Below, piece after piece: positions 1 through 6,514 of a stretch of 32,000 bases of DNA. The position numbers and the translations under genes were made by a program. The notes under the pieces were generated by a model, which saw only the letters and a program-made list of their open reading frames with translations, was not told the DNA's origin and did not search any database. Every line of letters starts with the position of its first letter. Position 1 is the stretch's first letter. Source of the DNA: Halalkalibacterium halodurans (GTDB lineage Bacteria > Bacillota > Bacilli > Bacillales > Bacillaceae_D); NCBI RefSeq assembly GCF_004376175.1, contig NZ_SNUY01000004.1, forward strand, positions 67,141-99,140, in the 5' to 3' direction.

Positions 1-1
1 T

Positions 2-505
2 CCTGCTACTAGTTCCTTATTGTTATGGGGATTGACAAAAGCGATGAACAGAGCACGGAACAACTCTGTTAAAGACTTGTTCCAAAAAGGGCTTTTGACA
101 GTTGGTGATTTATGGATTGGGGTTTTACCTGTGGTGATGGCCTTTGGAACAGCCACCGTCCTACTTGCAGAAACGACTCCCCTTTTTGAATGGCTCGGCA
201 TTCCATTTGTCCCGCTGTTGGAGCTAGCACAAATTCCTGAAGCAATTGAAGCCTCGAAAACAATGCTCGTCGGATTTGCCGATATGTTCTTGCCAGCCAT
301 ATTAGGGAGCGAAATTGAAAGCGAACTGACTCGTTTCGTGATCGCTTGCTTGTCAGTCACTCAGCTCATTTACATGTCTGAAGTGGGAGGCTTGCTCCTC
401 GCCTCTAAGTTACCGATCCGCTTTATCGATTTAGTGCTTATCTTCCTAGAACGTACGATCATTACACTTCCTATTATTATCATGATGGCCCATCTCATCT
501 TTTAA
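2..505 (+). CDS. C-terminal part of an integral membrane protein, YjiH-like nucleoside-recognition (Gate) domain family; the 5' end lies outside the window
   Basis: The frame is open from nt 2 to the stop at 503-505. The sequence is hydrophobic with several TM segments. The family name rests on recalled similarity only. A terminator follows at 511-545. Confidence 0.55.
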   Translation, partial: PATSSLLLWGLTKAMNRARNNSVKDLFQKGLLTVGDLWIGVLPVVMAFGTATVLLAETTPLFEWLGIPFVPLLELAQIPEAIEASKTMLVGFADMFLPAILGSEIESELTRFVIACLSVTQLIYMSEVGGLLLASKLPIRFIDLVLIFLERTIITLPIIIMMAHLIF

Positions 506-510
506 ATAGG

Positions 511-545
511 ACCGTCTATGTCGTTTGCACATAGGCGGTTTTCTC
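511..545 (+). terminator. Intrinsic terminator of the upstream membrane protein gene
   Basis: Hairpin ACCGTCTATG / CATAGGCGGT (10 bp, one G-U) followed by TTTTCT, starting 6 nt after the stop codon. Confidence 0.7.
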
Positions 546-616
546 ATGGTCATACACCCTTTTAGACATGTGGCATACTATACAGTGTGAACAATATCTT
601 GAAAGGATGAAAGCTC

Positions 617-844
617 GTGCAACACACCGATCAAAGTCGTCCGCAAATGATATCATCTGTGGAGCCTTTCCTTTTTCAAACCCTTCAATCCACACTTGGC
701 CGGCACGTCGTCATCCAGACGACAAAAGGGAGCATGCGGGGAAGGTTAACAGATGTAAAGCCAGACCACCTTACCTTACAAATGGAGGATGCGACGTTCC
801 TTATTAGAACCCAAGAAATTGTATGGGTTCTGCCAAAAGCATAA
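617..844 (+). CDS. Small DUF2642/YuzF-like protein (75 aa)
   Basis: GTG start 9 nt after AAAGGA. The segment HVVIQTTKGSMRGRLTDVKPDHLTLQ resembles the small Sm-like DUF2642 family of Bacillaceae (recalled). A terminator follows directly. Confidence 0.6.
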   Translation: MQHTDQSRPQMISSVEPFLFQTLQSTLGRHVVIQTTKGSMRGRLTDVKPDHLTLQMEDATFLIRTQEIVWVLPKA

Positions 845-885
845 AGCTCCGCCTTTGCTAGGCGAAGCTTTATGCTTCTTTTTAT
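841..885. terminator. Bidirectional intrinsic terminator between convergent genes
   Basis: 13-bp stem ATAAAGCTCCGCC / GGCGAAGCTTTAT (one mismatch) flanked by T-rich sequence. It sits between the stop at 842-844 (+) and the stop at 882-884 (-). Confidence 0.7.
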
Positions 886-1169
886 TCATAAACAAATTCA
901 ATTTCGTCGTACTTACGACTATACTTCACTTTTAAGTCGAGATCTTTAAAATACCACAAGTCCTCATTTTCAATGTAAAAGGTAACGCCATCCACCTCCG
1001 ACTTTGCCCCGATTTCCTTTGGCGTCTCTTGGCTAATCCCCAAGGAGAAGCCACTTTGAATCGAACCACATCCACCGTATCGTGCATAAAAACGAATATT
1101 CTCTCCACCTTCTAAGCCAAATTCATCTTTAAACCATTGAAGCGCTGGCTTCGTTATTTGAATGTTCAT
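882..1169 (-). CDS. HesB/IscA-fold small protein (YneR-like), 95 aa
   Basis: ATG at 1169 lies 8 nt after GGAGTG. The ORF-track start at 1223 has no SD. The sequence MNIQITKPALQWFKDEF...RFYARYGGCGS is typical of the single-Cys HesB-like family. Confidence 0.75.
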   Translation of the reverse strand: MNIQITKPALQWFKDEFGLEGGENIRFYARYGGCGSIQSGFSLGISQETPKEIGAKSEVDGVTFYIENEDLWYFKDLDLKVKYSRKYDEIEFVYE

Positions 1170-1344
1170 CGTTTCACTCCTTCTGATGCCTTGCGTTCTT
1201 ATTTCTACTGCCCATCCTAACAAAGAACATCCAATAGGATTGATAAGCTTATGTTCCTTAAAATTAGCTTACCAAAAAATCTCGCTTGAACAAAGACATT
1301 GGCTTACAAATGTATTAACTTGCCTTTCTTTCGGTGATCTTCTT

Positions 1345-1865
1345 TTAGGATGCAAGCTTGTCAGAAGAGGTTATTGAGCTTTTTTGCTCCAGCCTGTTTT
1401 TTTGAAGCTTCTCACGAATGAATGGAAGCACGTAGCGGTCACCACCAAAACGACCAGCATTAGCACCAGCAACAGAAATGAAAATCGTAAGCAGAATCAT
1501 CCACGGATTGGAGGAGATTGTTCCAGCAAACAGGAACGAGAAATTCATCATTAATCCGAAAAAGGCGGCTGCAGTCGTCAAGACACCTAAGAGTAGACCA
1601 AGTCCAACAAGCAATTCCCCCACGCAACCATAAAACTGAATGTATCGGCATTAGGCAACGCAACATGTTCGATAAATGTATGGTAGCGAGGGTACTGTTC
1701 AAGTACTGCTTCATTTCCAACCACACCGAATAAATAACCTTCTGCACTAAACCCCTCGGTTACCTTCCCCCATCCTGCCGTTAGCCATTGCCAGCCAATA
1801 TATAGACGAAGCACCGTGATGAGGCTTGCAGCATAAACATTTTCTCTTAAAAATTTCATGATCAT
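1345..1865 (-). pseudogene. DoxX-family (MhqP/CatD-like) membrane protein interrupted by a 1-nt frameshift
   Basis: ORFs 1587-1865 (N-terminal part) and 1345-1623 (C-terminal part) read as one DoxX-type protein (...FSFMVAWG|ELLVGLGLLLG...). The frames switch at a G5 run (C5 on the + strand, 1617-1621). One extra G would restore a 173-aa ORF. SD AAGGGGGA lies 7 nt before ATG 1865. Confidence 0.65.
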
Positions 1866-1895
1866 TATTAAGTCCCCCTTTTTCTCTAAAATACT

Positions 1896-1913
1896 TTGTG
1901 AACAATTTCACAT
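1896..1913. promoter_or_regulatory. Rex/Fnr-type palindromic operator, box 1
   Basis: TTGTGAA-caat-TTCACAt, containing the core TGTGA-N6-TCACA at 1897-1912. It lies 32 nt upstream of the DoxX start codon. Confidence 0.55.
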
Positions 1914-1996
1914 AAATAACGAAAGAAAAAAGTTGTTTACTATTTCACATTAGTTTTCAAACACCCTTTTCCTTTCACCTTTATTATGCCACAATA

Positions 1997-2022
1997 AACT
2001 TTGTGAAAATAATCACAAAGTT
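1997..2022. promoter_or_regulatory. Rex/Fnr-type palindromic operator, box 2
   Basis: AACTTTGTGA-aaataa-TCACAAAGTT with perfect 10-bp arms. The core TGTGA-N6-TCACA is at 2002-2017. It shares the 10-mer ACTTTGTGAA with box 1. Confidence 0.6.
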
Positions 2023-2132
2023 GAACAGATTGTGACAATTGTCTGATATAAATCCATTTTTTTCTTATATCTTTCCTTCAGGAAATTTTTTTTATCATGT
2101 GCATAAACTGGACAACAAAGGGGTGGAACGTC

Positions 2133-2246
2133 ATGAAATATGGGAAAAAGCAAAAAACGATTTTTTATGCTGAATTATTATATAAATGGGGCGTCATCTC
2201 TAAAAATCAAAAAGATCAACTACTCAAAAAGATACAAAACGAATAA
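2133..2246 (+). CDS. Unannotated small basic protein, 37 aa (MKYGKKQKTIFYAELLYKWGVISKNQKDQLLKKIQNE)
   Basis: ATG lies 6 nt after GGGGTGG. It is below the ORF-track length cutoff. A long hairpin follows at 2262-2311. No homology is claimed. Confidence 0.45.
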   Translation: MKYGKKQKTIFYAELLYKWGVISKNQKDQLLKKIQNE

Positions 2247-2261
2247 CTTTATTCAACTTTT

Positions 2262-2327
2262 GGGCGTTTGCTGCATTTATTAATAAAAGAACGAAAAAGC
2301 AGAAGACGCCCTTGAATTATTTTTTTA
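2262..2327 (+). terminator. Terminator-like long hairpin between the small ORF and kamA
   Basis: 13-position stem GGGCGTTTGCTGC / GCAGAAGACGCCC (one mismatch, one G-U), a 24-nt AT-rich loop, then TTGAATTATTTTTTT. The U-tract is not immediately adjacent, so efficiency is uncertain. Confidence 0.4.
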
Positions 2328-2419
2328 CGATGACAATCAATCCACGATCATACGATCCTATGATTCTCTTACTGTTTCGTTCTCACGGCGTCGATCGCAC
2401 TAAAGGAGGCGAAGCAAGA

Positions 2420-3826
2420 ATGGTACAATTGTATCAGCCGAAACGACATTGGAAAGACATTTCTCTTTGGAAAGACGTGACGGAATCACAATGGAACGAT
2501 TGGCTCTGGCAACTAACCCATACGATCCGAACCATCGATGATTTAAAGCAAGTGATTAATCTAACAGAAGAAGAGGAAGAAGGCGTACGTATTTCAACGA
2601 AAACGATTCCGCTAAACATTACGCCCTACTATGCCTCACTCATGAACCCAGACGATCCACGTTGTCCAATTCGAATGCAATCGGTTCCGATCTCAAAAGA
2701 AATCGAAAAAACAAAGTATGATATGGAAGATCCTCTTGCAGAAGATGAAGATTCTCCTGTTGCCGGGCTGACCCATCGCTACCCAGACCGTGTGCTTTTT
2801 CTCGTGACGAATCAATGTTCCATGTACTGTCGTTACTGTACAAGACGGCGTTTTTCCGGCCAAATTGGTATGGGGGTCCCGAAAAAACAAATGGATGCCG
2901 CCATCGACTACATTGCCCAAACCCCAGCAGTACGAGACGTGCTACTTTCAGGGGGCGATGGCTTACTAATCAATGATCAAATTCTTGAATACATTTTAAA
3001 GAACTTGCGAGCGATTCCTCATGTGGAAATCATTCGGATTGGAACGAGGGCTCCGGTTGTGTTTCCACAACGAATCACAGATCACCTTTGCTCTATTCTA
3101 AAAAAATACCATCCGGTCTGGTTAAATACCCATTTTAATACATCATTGGAAATCACAAAGGAGGCGAAGGAAGCCTGTGAAAAGCTAGTCGACGCTGGTG
3201 TGCCTGTCGGAAATCAAGCCGTTATCCTTGCCGGAATTAACGACAGCACTCACATTATGAAAAAATTAATGCATGACCTTGTCGCCATCCGCGTCCGCCC
3301 TTATTATGTATACCAGTGTGACCTTTCAGAAGGAATCAGTCATTTCCGCGCCCCAATTTCTAAAGGCATCGAAATTATGGAAGCGTTGCGCGGGCATACG
3401 AGTGGCTATGCCGTACCGACCTTTGTTGTGGATGCCCCTGGAGGCGGTGGGAAAGTCACACTCCAACCGAATTACATTTTATCGCAAAGTCCAAGCAAAA
3501 CGGTATTGCGCAACTTTGAAGGGGTTATCTCCACCTATCCAGAACCTGACCATTACGTTCCAGGGAAGGCGGACGATTATTTTGCCAAAATGACCGGAAT
3601 TACAGGAGATGAAAGGAGCATCGGAATTCACCGGCTCATGAAGGATGAAGAAATCAATCTTGTGCCGAAAGGGTTGAGGCGGTTAGAGCTACGTTCTGTT
3701 TATGAACAAGATACAAGGCATCGGTCCTTAAAAGATTTACGTGAAAAACGCGATCAACTAAAGGAGAAGAAATGGCTAGCAGAACAGCGAAAGCTACAAG
3801 AAGGGAAGAAATCCGATGAAATGTAG
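2420..3826 (+). CDS. kamA: L-lysine 2,3-aminomutase (radical SAM, PLP-dependent)
   Basis: Radical-SAM motif CSMYCRYC. Family-typical sequence is present (MVQLYQPKRHWKDISLWKDV..., GGDGLL, VYQCDLSEGISHFR). ATG 2420 lies 9 nt after AAAGGAGG. The 468-aa product compares with about 470 aa for B. subtilis KamA. Confidence 0.95.
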   Translation: MVQLYQPKRHWKDISLWKDVTESQWNDWLWQLTHTIRTIDDLKQVINLTEEEEEGVRISTKTIPLNITPYYASLMNPDDPRCPIRMQSVPISKEIEKTKYDMEDPLAEDEDSPVAGLTHRYPDRVLFLVTNQCSMYCRYCTRRRFSGQIGMGVPKKQMDAAIDYIAQTPAVRDVLLSGGDGLLINDQILEYILKNLRAIPHVEIIRIGTRAPVVFPQRITDHLCSILKKYHPVWLNTHFNTSLEITKEAKEACEKLVDAGVPVGNQAVILAGINDSTHIMKKLMHDLVAIRVRPYYVYQCDLSEGISHFRAPISKGIEIMEALRGHTSGYAVPTFVVDAPGGGGKVTLQPNYILSQSPSKTVLRNFEGVISTYPEPDHYVPGKADDYFAKMTGITGDERSIGIHRLMKDEEINLVPKGLRRLELRSVYEQDTRHRSLKDLREKRDQLKEKKWLAEQRKLQEGKKSDEM

Positions 3827-4088
3827 ATGGTGCGAGGTGGAAAATCCTATCAATCGAACGATGACGACTTACTGGGAGTTACCGTCAGGATTACGCGCCA
3901 TCCGATTGAAAGCGGTTCCATCTATCTATTGCTCTCACTGTCATATTGAAGAAGTGGATGAGACAATTTTAGAGGAGCTAGAGGATCAATTGCTACTTGT
4001 TGACGAATCTGCCATTCCTGATGAAACGACCTATGAACAGTTAATGAAGATGCCTCGACGATTAAAACGGAATTATTTTAAGCTTTAA
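3816..4088 (+). CDS. yokU: YokU-family small zinc-ribbon protein (MqsA/YgiT-type CxxC...CxxC)
   Basis: Cys3/Cys6 and Cys39/Cys42 pairs. The ATG overlaps the last 11 nt of kamA, which implies translational coupling. B. subtilis yokU also neighbours kamA (recalled). Confidence 0.75.
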   Translation: MKCRWCEVENPINRTMTTYWELPSGLRAIRLKAVPSIYCSHCHIEEVDETILEELEDQLLLVDESAIPDETTYEQLMKMPRRLKRNYFKL

Positions 4089-4287
4089 AAACCTAATCCC
4101 ACTCCTTCTGGATGGAAGATGGAGGTCTTCCGAAGGGTATGAGCCTGTTTACCGAACCATTAATCGGTTCCGTGTTCATGCGGAAATTTAAGACCTCCTC
4201 CGTGACTGGGTTGCATATTTTAGTGTCCTCTTACGGACAATCGAGTGAGATGCTGATCAATCAGCAGACGATCCCATGAATCAACAG

Positions 4288-4331
4288 AAAAAAGTTCGGA
4301 TCATCAAAATAAAATGATTCGAACTTTTTTT
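4288..4331. terminator. Bidirectional intrinsic terminator shared by the convergent kamA-yokU and yodT-ablB units
   Basis: 14-bp stem AAAGTTCGGATCAT / ATGATTCGAACTTT (one G-U) with a 9-nt loop. An A6 run lies upstream and a T7 run downstream. Confidence 0.85.
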
Positions 4332-4369
4332 ATACGTTTGGCTAGTTTTGTCCCAGCCCCAGTATATGG

Positions 4370-5176
4370 CTAACGAATGTTAGTAGCGGTAAGTCGCTTC
4401 GTCCAAATATTCATATCCTCGAACCCTGTTCCGATTATACAATTGTTTACCATCGTTCCCTCATAGGAAAATCCCCGTTTTTTGATCGTCACATTCATCC
4501 CGAAGGAGTGAGACCTTGTAATGGAATAAACGTTTTCCTCGCCTTCTTCCCATAACCATTGCTCTAACTCACATAAAACAGAAGATAAATACCCGTTTCC
4601 TCGCGCTTCTTTTTTTGTTGCGCAATCGGTTATTTCCCAGCCACCGAATCCGTTTGGTACCGCTGAGGCCGCGCAAATTATGTCCGTACCTTCCTTAACT
4701 CCAACGAATTTTGCCCCTTCTTTCATCGTTTGCTGCAAATATTGTGCAGAAAACACATCTGTCGGATAACGCTCAAACACATGGCGATACAATTGAGCAA
4801 GTGAATCCGTATCGGCTTCATTCAGACGCTGTACAGCGTGAGAGGAAAGCTCTAATGTCCGCTCAATCTTTTGTACATAGGATAATACCTCCCGGTGAAG
4901 ACGCTCATGATCCGAGTTTTGTCTGTCTTCCTTTAAAAAGAAGGAGAAAACGTTCGCTTGGCCATTATGAAAATAAGTAGAAACCGCTCCTTCTTGTAAC
5001 CATCCTTCTTCACAAAAAAAATGGGCGCATGACTCGTGGACGTAGGCAATCATCTTACCAGTTACGCGACTTTTTTTACGATAAGCGTTTTCGAGCGCTT
5101 CCTTGGCGTTCGTTTTTATCGATAGAACGATCCGTTCATTGCGATCATCCCGTTCGACTAACCATGGAATATCCAA
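4370..5176 (-). CDS. ablB: GNAT acetyltransferase, beta-lysine N6-acetyltransferase family (AblB/YodP)
   Basis: The C-terminal GNAT core carries ARGNGY. The proposed TTG start at 5176 lies 9 nt after AGGGAGG and 4 nt after the yodR stop. The 268-aa product is close to YodP. The ORF-track start at 5269 would overlap yodR by 89 nt and lacks an SD. Confidence 0.8.
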   Translation of the reverse strand: MDIPWLVERDDRNERIVLSIKTNAKEALENAYRKKSRVTGKMIAYVHESCAHFFCEEGWLQEGAVSTYFHNGQANVFSFFLKEDRQNSDHERLHREVLSYVQKIERTLELSSHAVQRLNEADTDSLAQLYRHVFERYPTDVFSAQYLQQTMKEGAKFVGVKEGTDIICAASAVPNGFGGWEITDCATKKEARGNGYLSSVLCELEQWLWEEGEENVYSITRSHSFGMNVTIKKRGFSYEGTMVNNCIIGTGFEDMNIWTKRLTATNIR

Positions 5177-5180
5177 TTGT

Positions 5181-5852
5181 TTATACCTCCCTAATCCGAA
5201 CCGACTGGCGATTGACCTCAAGTTCGGCTTCTGTGTACGTAAGCACATCTTCGATCGTATAAGGGGCAAAAACCTCTGTCAACTGAAAGCGCTCTCCTTT
5301 TCGCTGCAATACTGCCATATCGGTAATAATCATATCAACGCATTTTTTCGCTGTTAACGGATAACTACAACTTTTTACAATTTTCGGTTCTCCCTGACGA
5401 TTGACATGATTCATTAAGATAATGACCTTGTTTGCTTTTGCAGCAAGCTCCATTGCCCCACCAATTCCAGGCACCTTTCTCCCTGGTACGATCCAATTAG
5501 CCACATCCCCTTGTTCACTCACTTGCAGTGCCCCTAACATCGTTACATCCAAACGACCACCGCGAATTAACGCAAAGGCTGTCGCACTATCCACATACAC
5601 GCCCCCTATTTTTAACGTAACAGGGAAGCCCCCAGCATTGCATAAATGCGGCTCCTCTTCTCCCTTTTTCGGACTTTTCCCCATGCCAATAATTCCATTT
5701 TCAGCATGGAACCAAATGTTCTTTCCTTCGGCAACATAATCGACAACAAGGGACGGAATGCCGATCCCTAAATTCACGATCATGTGATCGGTTAACTCTT
5801 CCACTGCACGCTTCACCATTTTTTCCTTTTCCCAATTTATTCCCACATCCAC
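5181..5852 (-). CDS. yodR: 3-oxoacid CoA-transferase subunit B
   Basis: Catalytic AENG(IIGMG) glutamate motif and MVKRAVEEL...NLGIGIPS. GTG 5852 lies 7 nt after GGGGGTGG. ATG 5819 is an alternative start. Confidence 0.85.
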   Translation of the reverse strand: MDVGINWEKEKMVKRAVEELTDHMIVNLGIGIPSLVVDYVAEGKNIWFHAENGIIGMGKSPKKGEEEPHLCNAGGFPVTLKIGGVYVDSATAFALIRGGRLDVTMLGALQVSEQGDVANWIVPGRKVPGIGGAMELAAKANKVIILMNHVNRQGEPKIVKSCSYPLTAKKCVDMIITDMAVLQRKGERFQLTEVFAPYTIEDVLTYTEAELEVNRQSVRIREV

Positions 5853-6514
5853 TTCCAGTCCACCCCCTCACTCTCGACCAATCCATCGACAAAGGCCCCA
5901 GCTGTAACGACCTCTTCTGGATCGAGTTGGCCGAGCGGAACGAGTTCCTCTACCTCAGCGATCGTATACCGACCTGCCATTGCTATGAGTGGATTGGTGT
6001 TCCGCGCGCTCTGATCATAGACAAGGTTTCCAAACGGATCGGCTTTTTTCGCATAGATGAGACTTAGATCAGCACGTACTGGCTTTTCCAACAGGTAAGA
6101 GGTGCCGTCCACAACTACTCTCTCCTTCCCTTCTGCTACAATCGTATCCATCCCTACATCTATAAGGATTCCGCCTAATCCGACACCTCCAGCCCGAATT
6201 CGCTCCATTAACGTTCCTTGAGGCGAAAACTCAACTTCAAGCTTTCCTGCCTGCATCAGTTCACCAGCGATTGGATTGGACCCGATATGGGATGTAATTA
6301 AACGCTCAGCTTGCTGAGAACAGACGACCGGGCCGATGCCAATCGTCGGAAAGCCTGCGTCGTTTCCGATTAGTGTAAGATTTTTCGTCTTAGATTCTTT
6401 TAACCATTTGACGAGCGTCGGTGGGGTGCCGATCCCGCCAAACCCTCCGTACATGATAGACATCCCGTCCTTAAACCGTTCCAATACGTCATGTTTGCTC
6501 ATTTGTTTGCTCAT
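5837..6514 (-). CDS. yodS: 3-oxoacid CoA-transferase subunit A
   Basis: GGFGGIGTPPTL motif. The ATG overlaps the yodT stop (ATGA). SD GGGGG lies 7 nt upstream. Confidence 0.85.
   Translation of the reverse strand: MSKQMSKHDVLERFKDGMSIMYGGFGGIGTPPTLVKWLKESKTKNLTLIGNDAGFPTIGIGPVVCSQQAERLITSHIGSNPIAGELMQAGKLEVEFSPQGTLMERIRAGGVGLGGILIDVGMDTIVAEGKERVVVDGTSYLLEKPVRADLSLIYAKKADPFGNLVYDQSARNTNPLIAMAGRYTIAEVEELVPLGQLDPEEVVTAGAFVDGLVESEGVDWKWMWE

Noticed and set aside
2349-2356. Sigma-E-like -10 element (CATACGAT) upstream of kamA
   Set aside because: It matches 7 of 8 positions of CATACAnT, but I could not find a convincing -35 (ATATT-like) at the right spacing. It is kept as a note only.
2312-2419. 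N-terminal extension of the kamA ORF (504-aa version starting at a TTG)
   Set aside because: There is no SD before 2312. A perfect AAAGGAGG precedes ATG 2420, and the 468-aa product matches the length and N-terminus (MVQLYQP...) expected for KamA.
5177-5269. Longer AblB ORF overlapping the 3' end of yodR by 89 nt
   Set aside because: The upstream ATGs have no SD. AGGGAGG plus TTG at 5176 gives the family-typical length and a 4-nt intergenic gap.
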